Shown: positions 49,901 to 63,034, counted from the first letter of the stretch. The stretch is 64,000 bases of DNA from Oikopleura dioica (GCA_907165135.1 OU015567.1:13764001-13828000); one strand, 5' to 3'. Program-made: numbers and translations. The notes: a model not told the origin generated them from the letters alone.

Positions 49901-52834
49901 CTGGGAAGACGTGTCAATCACTGTTTGACGGTCTCTTTCGACAAGTTTTTCATATCAAGGCCGAATCAAGCGCGGGATGAAAAGATTCTCCTCAAGATCA
50001 TTACCTACACGAACTTCATTCTCAAAAGTCAGCCGAACAACAATCAGATTTTCGAAAAATGGATCACATCTCATGTAGAAGACATAAATTGCCCTCTGTA
50101 CGAGTACTTGAACAATCCAACTGCGCTTCCAAATCATTCGTCAAAAGCAACGAGAAGAATGATCATCGAATTTTTGTCAATTATATTCTGTCTCGTGCAG
50201 AAACAGCTTCTCAGTTCAGAAACGATGGCATTCATAGCGAGGACGCTCAACGACAGAGTTCACAATTTAATCAACAAACATGAAGACATGAACATTCCGA
50301 CGCTACAAATCTGCACAAATGCGCTACAGAGACTTTCCAAAAAACTTGGCAGAACAGACAGACAAAGGAACTCCCTTTTATGCCAAATTATCAAGACAGC
50401 CAAAGATGTCATTATTCGGATTCACAGCTCGTCTCAAAACTCGATGCAAAACTTCATGGGACGCGAAGTCATCCAACAATCAGTCTGTACTTTGAGTACG
50501 TGTGCACACTTCCTGATGGGAAATGGAGGAAAACAAAGTCTGACAGTTCTTGAAGAAGGAACGGGGCTGGAATGGCTCGAGAAACTTCTCAAATTCCGCA
50601 GTGATCGAGTTCGCTTGTCCATTTTATCGGTCCTCTCTCACGCTTTCCATTCGCCAAAGACCAGCAGGCACTTCTTCAAAGAAATCAATGATGGAATTCT
50701 CACAACACTTATTGAAATCGCGCTGGATTTTGATGAATCTCCTCTTGTTCGCTCAACAGCATTGGAAACTTTAACAATCATTGTCGAAAGCCACATGCAT
50801 CTTTCGTCGACAAAAGCTGTCGACGGTCTTCATATCAACATTCTTCTCGAATTGATGCTGAAATTCGACTTCTTCGTGCAAATTAGCCATGCGATGGAAA
50901 ATTATGTCTACTGTGATTTGCCTGCGCAGGATAAAATGGCACCGATAACGCCTGCGTTTGTTGGTGCATTCAACTACTTCATCATTTCTTTACTGAAAGC
51001 TTTCCCAACGCAGACTGCTTCAGGGCTTCGAAATTCTGGAATACTATCGATTTTATCAAAACTCTTCAATGTTCAACTAGTCAAATCTTCTGTCGGAGAA
51101 CACAAGAAAAGTCTTCTCCAGCAAATCAACAGCACTTGTCTGATATTCACCTACGTTTTGAGCGGCTGCGAAGAAGTAATGTCACATGTCGCATTCGTAC
51201 AACAAATATTCTCTCTTCCTTTCGATGAAAATTTTGCAAAAGAAATTCTAACCTGTTACGAATCTGGAGCGAAATTCTTTTGCAAAAACTGGAGCAGCTT
51301 GGATGAAGATGCCGAGAAAAAGACTTTGAAGAGTTTATCCACAACGATGTCGACTTACATAAAAACGATAACTGAAGCTTGGAGCTATTTCAACACGAAT
51401 TTCGCGCAATTCGAATGGATGTTACATTTCTATTGCCTCATTATTTCAAAATCGAAGTCTTATCTCATCGGTAAGCGAAAACCCCATGCGCTCCCATTTT
51501 TACAATTCTTTAGGTACAACGAAGCAAGCATTAATTGACTCAGAAGGAGTATTTCTACAAAAGCTATCACACGAGTTCGAAGTTCAAGGGACTAAAATCA
51601 GATCAGAAGCAAACATATCAAAAGAGACCCTGTTGTCTTCCGCAATTTGCGTCACCATTGGCCTTGGGGATGGACGGGAGCTGCTCGTCCAAAGCGGATT
51701 CATCGAGCGACTGGTGGATTCGCTAGAAATGCTGCAGATCAAACTCTGCACAGAACGGCCGAAGCGTTTGCATGAAAGCTATATTGGCCTGAGCCTGATT
51801 TCGATCTTCAATATCTGCAGAAATTTTTCGTCGAATGGAAAAGTGGCGAATCATCTCCTTCAAACTAACTTTATAGACGTTCTTTCACGGTAACCTTTAA
51901 TTTTCCTCCTTCCGGATTTTTCAAATTCTTCAGTTTGTGGCCTCTCATTGTCGGAAATGAAAAACTCATACGCGTAATGCTTCAAATGCTCCTTTCCTTC
52001 ACTAAAAACAGCGTTCCCTGTGCAACAGCAATTTCCTCAAGCAATCTGATTTCTTCAATCGTGAAGCAATTCCAGTACTACGAGAAACAAATACGAAACA
52101 AAGTCAAGGCGAGTCCGATTTTCACGCTCAACTTCAATCTCTTGTGCAATCTGAGTATCTCCCAAGAAGCTCGTGCTTATTTTTGGAAAGGTAAATCACA
52201 TATTCATTCATTTTTAGCAATTGTGTTTTCAGCAAATGTTCTCCACGAATTCTCAGCGGCAGCGGAAGCAGGAGTTCATTCTTCAGCCTCGAAGCAGCAG
52301 ATTATGGTGCTTTCACTCTGGCTCCGGTGGCTGCTGTGCTTGTCTTTTCACAAAGATGGTCGAGGTAAAAAGCCAGTTCTCTTCCTTGATTTCCGATTCA
52401 CACTCCCTTCAGAAAACATTCTTCAAACCAAAGACATCCTTGACTACCTAACGAACGCCGTTTCAAAAGTAGACGAAAAACTAGCGCTGCTTGTAATTCA
52501 CAATTTGTGCTACGCGACGCAATCCAAAACGCGTATTTCCACTTTCGACCAGCTCACTAAATGCTTCCGACAGTACTTGGCCATCGATTCTCAAAAAGAA
52601 CTTCAGCTGCTCGTTTCAAACTCCTGTTGGGCGCTGATGAGTACCTCTCAAAAGGCAAAAGGGCGGTAAGTACTTATTCGAACCGTTGGCTACATTTCTT
52701 ATCAAAATTCTAGTCTGAAAGCAGCGGGACTTATCGAAAGGCTGGAAACGCTGTCGACGATCTATTCCGAAGAAGACTCCTCAAAAGATTCCATTTTCCA
52801 CATTCACGCTGCCTTAGAACTCCTACATTCCTAG
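46939..52834 (+). CDS. RTTN: Rotatin (centriolar ARM/HEAT protein), multi-exon with one about 4.3-kb exon
   Basis: N-terminus KLGHVLEEVRERAL...LL-EWFN; LPWQTLTLTDRQVL and DFPAEIFVQRPGILQAL match recalled rotatin sequence; long helical-repeat ORF 47204-51538. Confidence 0.88.
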
Positions 52835-52987
52835 AGTTTTATTTTTCTATTTTCTTTCTTTTTTTCTTACATTTTGTATTTTACAATAAAATTTACAAAC
52901 CTCAAACCTCAGAAAAGAAACTTCTTTCAATGGAAACTGAGAACTTCTGAGAATCGATTTATAAACGGTCTTTTTGTGCTCTCCCTC

Positions 52988-53106
52988 GCTTAGCGTCATA
53001 CCGCGTAGAATAAACCAGTTCTCGTCCGATCACTGAAGTCAAACTACGACGGGCGGGGTTAGTACTTACATGGGTGACCGGTTGGGAATATCTCGTGCGC
53101 TAAGCA
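52988..53106 (+). rRNA. 5S rRNA: 5S rRNA gene
   Basis: GCTTAGCGTCATACC...CTCGTCCGATCACTGAAGTCAA...GTTAGTACTT.CATGGGTGACCG.TTGGGAATA...CGCTAAGCA. The 5' and 3' ends pair (GCTTAGCG/CGCTAAGC) and TTTT follows as a Pol III terminator. Confidence 0.95.
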
Positions 53107-53424
53107 TTTTGACTTTTTTCGACGAGATTTAAGTTTTAACTAATTCAAAATTGAATAGTGAACTCCTTCAAAAAAGACAAAATGCTTTCATCTACGAAGA
53201 GAATGTTGCCATATTCATCAACAGTTTAGTAGAAGTCGACTGACAGTAAGGATTATTAAAGACGAGAGAATTCGAATTTTCCAGGATCGGCCATAAAAAC
53301 ATTTTGCTCGTTGAGCTCTTTTTCTTCTTTTGTGTGTTTTTCTTTTTCTGTGTATTTTTTCGTGTGTGGTGAGTGGGCGGCGGTGTGGCTTGTGTTGTAT
53401 CACGCTATGGCTAATGTAATTGGA

Positions 53425-53461
53425 TGAGTCAGGTAGGCTGGTGACGTCACCTACCTGACTC
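53425..53461. promoter_or_regulatory. Compound palindrome carrying AP-1 (TGAGTCA) and CRE (TGACGTCA) sites
   Basis: 12-bp inverted arms GAGTCAGGTAGG/CCTACCTGACTC enclose TGACGTCA (53442-53449), about 190 bp upstream of the ATF2-like ATG. Confidence 0.6.
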
Positions 53462-53649
53462 CTCGCCGATCGCTCACCGCTGCTGTGGCTCATTCTCAAC
53501 GACTCATTTCACGACGGCCTTAGTGCTTTTCAAAAAGACTCTTATTCAAGAGAAAGGGGTCTTCTTCTCCTCCCCATAGTGGCGGAAGCCGGCTAGAATC
53601 ACCCCAGCCGCGGGGAGCCGCTCGAAAAGGCGCTAGAATCCGCTTCAAA

Positions 53650-56600
53650 ATGGTAGAAACAAGTCTAAAAACAGAGAAACGGGATGAAGACGAAGTCGAG
53701 AAGAATCCGCCCAAGTTCCTGAAGCTCAACTCTATTAACGGAGCCACGAACAGTTTAGCACAGGTGAGTTACTGGCTTTACTATGAAAAAGAGATGAATA
53801 ATCGCCCCTTGCATGAAGCAGCGAGTTAATCATCCAACCAACGGGGGTAGTAATGACTGAGCCATTCTAGCTAGCGCTAAAGAGTCTCTTTTTACCACAC
53901 TTTTTTCTTTCAACGATACCACACTGGCTTAAATAAAAAACAAAGAAGAATCTGAAACTAAAACTGAAGAATTGGCAAATTCTTTAATTACAGCGTAAAT
54001 AAAGAATTTATCATGTAAATATTCTTCTGCAAATTTATAATTACCATCGTTTCATAATCTGGGTTGGCAACCTTTTTAGAAATGCCAATTAAAAGCTTAT
54101 TACTATTGCTTGTTTCAGGTACTTCCTGTGGACCAAACTCCCACCCCAACAAAATTCATCAAACTGGCAAGCGAACTCTTCCCCAGCGACACCAACGAGC
54201 AGCAACAAACCAATACTGAAACTAACGAAGCATCAACAGAAGCAACAAGCAAATCCCAAGCAAACTCAACGCATCCAAACCCCTTCGACAAATCCTTCAA
54301 GCAATCGACTTCTTCAAGCCAAAGTCCGGCGGCGAATGCGAGTGGAAATGAGCCAGTCGTCCAGGAGTTGGATACAGTCGATGAAACTATCTCACAGGAC
54401 GAAAATGATCATGAATTTGTCGAAGAAATCGTCGATGAGGAGGAAATTGAGACCTCCTCTGAAAAATTCAAGGTAAAACTTGAACTTCCTAAGGAAACCT
54501 CGTCAGTTGTTATCGACATCTTTTATTTTATTCAAGCAATTTTGCTTACTATTCTATTAGCGGCCCGATCCTGTTGGAAGTGAAGAGATGATCCAAGTGC
54601 AGACAACAACGATAAACTCAATAGCAGGCCAGGAGGGAGTTTCTCAACCCCAGTTCCAAATGTTGCCCACTGCGTCTGGCCAAATGCTTGTCCAGATCCC
54701 GCAGCCCATGGCCACTCCAGGTACACGCATAGTGATGGCATCGCCCGAGATGGCCGCCCAAGCCGGCCAGGGGGGTAAACTCGTAGTTATGCAACAGCCA
54801 ACAACTTACAAGCTTGGTAAGTATCACCGTTTACTTTTCGGTGTTGGATGAGACACAAGCTTCTTTCACTCTAGAATGGCTGAAACGAGGTTTGTGTCTT
54901 TTCTTTCGGTGTATCAATGTTGGTGTATCTATCTCCTTCTTCTATTTAAATGTATCGCTCTCCCTTTCTCTTTCTGTTACTTATCATTAACTAAATGATT
55001 CTATCTAGCAAACAATGTCTTCGTCCCTGCTGGAGGAAACATGGGAGGGCAGCTAATCATGGGTAGCGGCGGCCAAATCTTCATGACGCAGCCGCAAGTG
55101 ATGCAAATCCAGGACCCGAATACAGGCGCCATCCAACACGTAAGCATTCAACCCCAGCAACAATTCGTGATGACACAACAAATCGACTCAAGTGGGATTG
55201 TGACGACTTCTGCCCAGAAACCGTGAGTCCTTGTTGATTTCACACGCTGCTTCTCTTACTCATAGCAAAGTTGTAAAAACGGATAAAGTTTGGCATTTTA
55301 AGAAGCGACAGCTAGCTTCATCGAGTATAAAAGGCTTTGCAACGAAACATTTTTGCGCTAAAAGGCTTCTGCGAACCGTGTTCAAAATATTTTCAGTTCG
55401 ACGACCGTGGCACAAGCAGCCACACCAACAACTGCAGCCAACCCGCCGCCTTACACTCAATGTGTGATGGTTTCTCCGCAGATTCAATTCGTCGCCTCAC
55501 CACAGCCAGTCGTGATTCCGTCAAGTCAACAGATGATCATCAACCAGAACGGGCAGCAGTTTCAAATTATCAACACTCCGAATCCAAGCATTCCACAGGG
55601 CGCACAAATCATTCAGACAGCTAATGGCACGCAACTACTTCAAACACAACAGGTAAAATCTCAACTCTGTCTGTCCATAATCTCAACCTGCAATCGTAGA
55701 AAGTCATCCAACAATCGAATGGACAGAAAATCGAAAACAGCACTGGAATGACGATGAAATACATCCAAAACGAGCAAGACGATGAGAACGGTCAATCTTC
55801 TAGAAGAAATTATACAAGACCGTCTTATACGCACAGGTTTACGAGACGAAGTAAATCTAATAACCCCTCCTTAGGCCTTCGATGAATGGCCTGAGCAACG
55901 TTGTTCACTTATCAAAAGAATCCCTACGAGCAATAGAAGAAGCAGGAGCAGAGTGCTCTAGTGGGAAACGCGGAGGACCGAGATTAAATTATGACGAGTT
56001 GGATCCAAAAAGAAGACGCTTTTTGGAACGAAACAGGATGGCCGCTGCTAGGTGCAGGGAACGCAAAAAGCAGTGGATCATCAGCCTAGAGTACAAAGCT
56101 AATGTAAGGCATCTCACTGTTGATATCTTTCTAAAGCAAGGATTTAGGAACTCAAAGAAGAAAATAAGCAAATCGAGGAAGATTGTTTACGACACAGAGC
56201 GAAGCTGGCACAAATGCGAGCAGCGTTAGAACGTCACAATTGCTCGATAGGCGTCAATAGTTCAATTGATAAAGAGGTAAGCACACTCTGACATCGTAAA
56301 TAGCCCTAATCTCTATTCTCAAATTCGATTGATAGATTTTAAAAATCATGATTGTAAATTTACTCGAATACTACCTCTAGTCTGACAGCTATTATATGAT
56401 GGATGATTCAACATTACCAGCCGTAAGTTCTATCTTTTGAGGAGTCCCAGGATCAGACAGAAACTAACCAGCTGTGTAGTTAGCCATTCGGATTGATTAA
56501 CCTTGCTAATTTTGATATGACTGAATATGTTCTTCGTTAACTGTTTATTTACGCTAGGTTTAGAATAACGTCCAAGGCGGCGTGCAAATCCAGACCAAAG

Positions 56601-56671
56601 TGATCGAGCTGGACACACTCTCCGACGATGCCGCTCCTCTCAAACTCGAAACTGCCATTTCCGAGAGCTGA
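53650..56671 (+). CDS. ATF2: ATF2/ATF7/CREB5-family bZIP transcription factor, multi-exon
   Basis: DQTPTPTKFIK (tandem MAPK TP sites), NPFDKSFKQ and bZIP DPKRRRFLERNRMAAARCRERKKQWIISLE. Paralogue-level assignment is uncertain. Confidence 0.85.
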
Positions 56672-57527
56672 CAATAACTTCAGCTCTTCATTTACCGTCT
56701 TAATTCAAGTACCAACGACAGCCTTCCATCTTTACTATCCGACTCAGAATTTATTTAAAAAATAACGCGTTTACATCACTGGTTCTTTGTTTTTCGATTG
56801 TACTCAATTCTAACAAGATTAGTCTAAAACTGTATTTATTATTTTTATTCTCACATTCAAAAAACTATCTTCATGAAACAACAAAAAAGCAGCTCTACAA
56901 AAAACTGTTACATGTGCCAAAATTTCAATTAGATTTGCCATGTTTCTGTGGAATGCCTCTCTTCATACTGTTTTGTAATTTACCCCTTCTCTCTCTTTCT
57001 CTTCACTTCCCTCTTCTATCAGCTGGAACACTACTGTAATTAACCAAAAATACCAAATCTAATGAAAATGTTCCCCCTGCTCCTGCTGGAAACCTAATAC
57101 TGGTCGAGTTTGATCAGGTTGACCAGTATGTTCCAAATAAATTAGTTCAAGAAAACTTTAAATTAATCTTTTATTTCACCTTGTGTCATAAAAGTGGACT
57201 CAATTGACTGCCCTTTAAGCAGGATGATACGCATGTGGCATGAAGTTCTGAAAGCATAAATGATCGCAGTAGAGAGCAAAAAGAAGCAGTGGCTGGCGCC
57301 ATGAGTAATGGACCATGAGGATTCGCGAGGCGTTTCGGGGCGCGTCCAATCCGCAACGCTCCGCGGGCGACGTCATAGCCGTTCAATCTCCGCCGCTCGA
57401 TACGAGTTGAATTGCGCTCCCCGAGTTGTCATGAAATCGTAACAAAAACTATCGACAAGCAGTTTTTTCTAGACTTAGCGTCCACTGCATCATGCTCAAC
57501 TGAAGAGATAAACTCGAGATTAGCAGA

Positions 57528-59488
57528 ATGAACAAAAGGAATACGGTTAATTTAGCAATTCATCCACCATATTTTCGAAAGAGAAATATTAAATTCCTAA
57601 CCTCCCAAAGTGATAATCTGCAAGACATTTCTATGGACTCCGATGATGACGACATTTCCCTTTCTTCCTCGTTGAAGACGCCGAATTCCGTCTGTACAAG
57701 TCGCAATCCAAGCTCTGATCTTGACGATAGCTTCAAGACCACAACTGATGATGACTTCTACGTCAATTCTGGAGAAACAGAAGACATTAACACTCCTCAA
57801 GAAGAAGCTGAGTTAGTAGAAGAACAGAGAAAGTGGGTCACGGAGGGGCCACAAACTGCCAAATGCGCGAATCCAAAGAAATTCTTCTGTCCCGTGTGTA
57901 CCCGAGGATTCACTACGCAGGGGAACATGCGACGACATCGACAGATTGCCCACGGTGGCGGCAAGCAATTCAAATGTGAAATTTGTAACAAGGACTTTGT
58001 TGAAAACCAATCCCTTCAAGGTTCGTTTTAGCCTTTGCGATCAGTAATCAGATAATTCCTTATTCAGTTCATATAAAAACAGTGCACATGGGAATCAAAG
58101 AATTCGAGTGTACATTTTGTGGCAAAACATGTGGCACCAAATCCGCTCTCAAGAGTCACGTGCTGAAGGTTCATGGAAATTCGAAATTTGTGACAAAGAA
58201 GACTGTGAAATGCCATCTATGCCAGGCAGTCTTCCATCATTCGTAAGTAACAATTACAAGCTTGATTTACACTGAAACGCGTCTTAATTCCAAATTTAGT
58301 GGAAATTTGAAACGCCACGTCCAGAACTTTCATCAGAATCAGTTCAACTATCACTGTGATATTTGCGGCAAAAAGTTGAAGTCGAAGCAGAGTCTCATGG
58401 TAATTTAACCACAATTCACTATCGCTAAAGAATTATCAACTAGCTCCACATCAACTCACAACACGAAATGTCCAGGAGACATCCATGTGATCTGTGTTAC
58501 AACGATCGCTTAAAATTGGCTGGGAGCTCGACAACGAAAATTCCAGAGACAATATTTCCGACAAGAGGCGCGCTTCTCAATCACCTCAACTCAATCGTTC
58601 ACAAAGACAATCCAAATCTTCAAGATGCCATTGCCAAGGCAAAGGAAAATTTCTCAAATCATCCACCAAACGGAAAAGTTGAAATACGGCAATCTGAGTT
58701 TGCCGAAATCCCAAACATGACTGCGAATGGATCCCTTCCTACAGTACGCCCTTCGTTCTCTACTTCAAATGCTTCTTCAGATAAGAAGGAATGGTGGTGC
58801 GAGCTTTGTTATGGTGGCATCGATACATCTAAATTTCATGACAAGGCCTTGATCAGCCTTTTCAAGAACAAGGTTTCGCTACTGGCACACTTGAATTCTC
58901 TTGCTCACAGAGATGACCCCCGACTTCCTGAAATCTTGGCAAAAGTTAACGAACAAGGGTTAGAAATGATCGAAAACTCTGAGTTTCACAAACACGGCGT
59001 TAAAGATTTCTTGCGAAGACCAGTCTTTAAATCCTCCACCACTACTCCTGCGAAAACGCCTCCACCAACTTCTTCTGAAAGCGTCGAAATTTGCGTGAAA
59101 GAAGAGATTCACGAGGAAGAAGAAATCACCTTCAAGGAGGAATTTATCGACGATGACGATATTCCTCTTTCAAGGTCGCTTTTAGAGCCGCCGGAAATGA
59201 AGAAAAGCCCCAAGATAATTGCAAAGATGCCAATCAAGGGAAAACCAATCATGATACAAGGACAACCAAAAATTAAAGTGAAATTAGCCGGTCCGTCCGT
59301 CTTGAGTAAAATCAAGTTCAAGCCTCTCTCAATACTCGGTAATTAATTCAGTAGTGAATCCCTCTCCTCACTTTTCAGGCACAACTGGCCCTGTGACAAT
59401 CAAAAAGAAGCCTACCTATACGGTGCAAGAAATCATTGTCAAGGAGGAGGCTGTCAACGATGATGACGATTATTTCGTCCAAAAATAG
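57528..59488 (+). CDS. Multi-C2H2 zinc-finger protein, multi-exon (start uncertain)
   Basis: Fingers CPVCTRGFTTQGNMRRHRQIAH, CEICNKDF, CTFCGKTC, CHLCQAVF and CDICGKKL, plus two long-loop fingers. ORFs 57528 and 58468 join through GT-AG introns. Confidence 0.8.
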
Positions 59489-59675
59489 AGCATTTTCTCT
59501 TCGTTTAAAAACCTATTTTATCACTTCTTCACATCCAAAAATTTTGAACCACCAGAGCAGTACTGTTATCTTCACCAAAATAGTATTTGTGCAAGCTACA
59601 AAACTTCAATAAAGATCTGTCAATCGCTTTAATGAATGAGTCCTGATTTTACACAGAAATGAGCAGGAATTATTT

Positions 59676-61530
59676 TCAAATAAAAGAACTGCTGGTTGTT
59701 ACGTCGATCGATTGATGGTGGTTTTTGTACACTTCGAATTTGCAATCAACGACGCTTTTCTTTGGCTTGATGAAAATCGTTGTTCTCGGAGCATGTTGGC
59801 CCGTGATTTTTCTATAGGCTTTTCTCCATATGCTGAATGATTGCTTCATTTATCTGTATGCTCGATTCTTTTGCTTACCTTCTTAACGACTTTCGATAAT
59901 TGCCATTCATAAATCCGTACACAACTGGATTCGCAACCGAATTAAGGGCAACTAGAGTGTGTGAAAGATTACTCAATATCGCGCAAAATCGTCGTCCGGG
60001 AGAAATGCTTTGAGAAATATCAAAACCGTGATCGACGAATGCAATTTTTATCCAGTGAAAATACTCTTCCTGAAAACGACGAGCAAATTTCGCGCTTGAA
60101 ATGGTGTCCAACAAATGAGAAAGCTCAGAAAGAGAGCGATAACCGTATATGCTAGTTTTGAAGAACTATTTAGTCCTTTCAACTTTGATTCTGATCGCTT
60201 CACAATCTTATGCGTGTTCTCTCTGCCTCATTTAGCTCTGAAAACGAAATCATAGAGGAGAACATGCCCATAAAATCGTTATGTAAGAAACCGCAATGAC
60301 TATCAGAGGAATGATGTACCCAACAATAAAGAGCCCAAAATAGAATCGTTTCTGTTTGACTGGTCGTGGACAAAAACAACTGTCGGATTTGAAGTTCGAA
60401 AGCTCCGCCTAAAATAATGACGATAAAACGAAAGTCCGCTAGGGTAGCGGACTCAGGGAGCCGTAGTCATGATATTTGTAAACCTACTTTTCCGTATTTC
60501 GCCACACACGTTTCTGCACTCAAGGAGCTGTAACGGTCTAGGTTTTGACTTTGTTTTTCTGTGCAATTTGAAGGAAGATGATCGCAGATTATGCATGTAC
60601 TGAAATCAAGGTCCTTGAAATCATTATCGCTTGACCAGTCTTCAGTGCACATCTGCGTATCTGGAAGCTAACAAGTGTTCGAATAAGAACGCTACCTATT
60701 CTTTCACTAAATCTGTGATGCATAAAATAAACTAGCATTGAACACAATCCCATGATATTCCAGCGTATTGGCGCTCCAGTCGAGTTGCTAAAATCGAAGG
60801 AAACACGACGAGAAGTGACAGTATCCATATAAATATGCATACTACTATGGCGAAACCAGGCGTTTTTCGTCTATTCTGAACATCGGTATTAAATATTTAC
60901 CATTTACCATCTGAATACCTGTAGCATATTGATCATCTTGGTACTTTTCATCGGGACAATCGCTAATACTCTGTCGAGGGAAAGGACCATTAGCTGGAAT
61001 ATCGACACTTTGATAGATAAAAATGCAGTCATAGAACCAGACTTGAAGATCTTACCCAGTAAATTAACATTTGTAGCGGAATTATTTATCAAACAGCCGA
61101 AATAGCCGAATCTCCACGATTTTCGCAGACGATAATCCATTTTCATCGGAAGCAAGAATAAGAATATCAAGTCTGTAAACATCAAGTTGATGATCTACAA
61201 GTAACTGTCTGAAAAAGCCAGAAAAAGCAACGAATAGTCCTTACATATATCGACGAAGGCCTCTTTATCTGCTCCGTTAGAGTAATGTACAAAATTGTTG
61301 AACTCCCACTGATACCAAAAACTGCTGCTAAACCTGATAAAAAGAATAGAAAAGTCGTCATTTATCTTGCAAAAATCTCACCATAAATAATGACATTAGG
61401 ATCGACATATTGTTTTTTCTTCATAATGCTACTAATGACCTCGTCGAAAGATCCATTACCAAAATTCGCAGCTTTTTCGTTGAGCAAATCATTTCTGTAG
61501 CAATATTCGTATTCCTCTGAAAACGCTCTG
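59676..61530 (-). CDS. Class A (rhodopsin-like) peptide-receptor-like GPCR, multi-exon (5' end not resolved)
   Basis: TM2 TDLIFLFLLP, ECL1 W.FG..GC, TM3 SIFQLMVLSLDRVLAIV and TM7 NSVANPVVYGFM. Confidence 0.85.
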
Positions 61531-62093
61531 GAAAGAAAGTCTCCTAAAAATACCTGATGAAAAAGACATTATCCTAAACTAAAAAAAAACAACTGAATAA
61601 AAAGATAATCGCGTGTATTCTGTGGTGCGATAGAGAATAAAAAAAAAGCAAATCGGATCAGATAAATAAATTATTTTGTTGCCTTACGCGCTGATTTTAT
61701 TTTAAAGACAGTTATTGTCAGCTTTTATCTTAGATATTGCGAGTCTTATATTTTCAGAATCATAATTTATGTACAAATAGCGTATGATTCCCTTATTTAT
61801 GTATTGTGTACATAGTGTAAGTTTTACGGTATAAAATGATGTGTTAATTAAACGGTTTTAATCTTATGAAAATTGCTACCTGAGCAAGTTGCTGTTTTGG
61901 TATTTTAAAAATTACCTTGATCAAACACACCCAAAACAGATTTCAGGATCCCTACCCGGTGTTGTTCCCTCATCCCAATGCATTTTCTTTTGCCCCGGGG
62001 CTTCGATTCTAACCCCGCTGAAAATACTAAAACCTTATTATTTCGCCAGAGAAATGCGTCCGTAAACTTGCCCTTCCATCCACCTAATCCGCC

Positions 62094-63034
62094 ATGAATC
62101 CAGTTCAGCTCAAGCCCAAAACCATTATCTATTTTTTGACCATTTTCCTGACGGGCCTTGCTTTGCTTCATGAAATTTTGAAGCAAACGGGAATTGAAAA
62201 GATAAAAGAACTCTACCTCAAGAAGATTTCCGCTTCGATACATACTGTAGGGCTGTTGGAGAAAGATCCAGAGTATGGACTTTACATTTCTGGTGATTTT
62301 GCGAAGCTTCAAGAGGTAAACAGGGGGTTTGAATTGTTGTTAATTGTTAATTAGAGTCAAGTTTATTTCTTGGATGCACAAGTCAAGGGCCAGGGCGATC
62401 GACCGATAATTTTGCTTTTTAACTCAATGCAGTACTCATCCAACATGTGGTTAAAACTCGGCGTAATTCACGAGCTCGCGAAAAATGGTAAATTAATGTT
62501 AACACGCCAGATAATTGTTTAACGATTGAAAAAAAAGGATACCGCTCGATCTCAATCGATCTTCCTGGATATGGCGGTTCCGACAAAGTTCCCATCATCG
62601 ACGACGATGCGCGACGAATCAGACTTATGGAGCAAATCGTCAAGTTTTTTCAACTTGATGAGTTTGTCGCCGTGACGCCTGGATACTCGGGCGAATATTT
62701 TCTGCCTTTTATATTCGAATCTCATGCAGCAGAGAACGCGCTAGGCTGGGTTCCCATATCTCCAGGTTTGAGACTCCGTTTTCAGTGTTTTTTTTATTAC
62801 TTTGGCCTTTTAGACGGAGTCAAGAGGTTTTCTCTTGATGAGATTTCGCTGCTTCCCCTTCCAACGCTAATCCTTTTCGGCGAGTACGATTCCGCGGGCG
62901 AGCAAGACGCGCGCACCCTCGCCAAAATGCCAAACTCGTCAAAAAAGATCTTCTACTCATCCGGCAAACACTGCTTCGTCGACGACCCACAATACTTTAT
63001 TTCTTCATTGCTGAACTTTATGCAGACTGTGTAA
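62094..63034 (+). CDS. ABHD14: ABHD14-like alpha/beta-hydrolase with N-terminal membrane anchor, multi-exon
   Basis: YRSISIDLPGYGGS, VAVTPGYSGEYFLPF, LGWVPISP, PTLILFGEYD and HCFVDDP follow the ABHD14 order. Confidence 0.78.

Noticed and set aside
53400-53430. ACTCATCC on the minus strand resembling the start of the Oikopleura spliced leader
   Set aside because: Only 8 nt match the leader as recalled, and there is no downstream leader sequence, donor or Sm site.
57097-57129. Short hairpin ATACTGGTC...GACCAGTAT
   Set aside because: A 9-11-bp stem is within chance expectation for 64 kb, and there is no other support.
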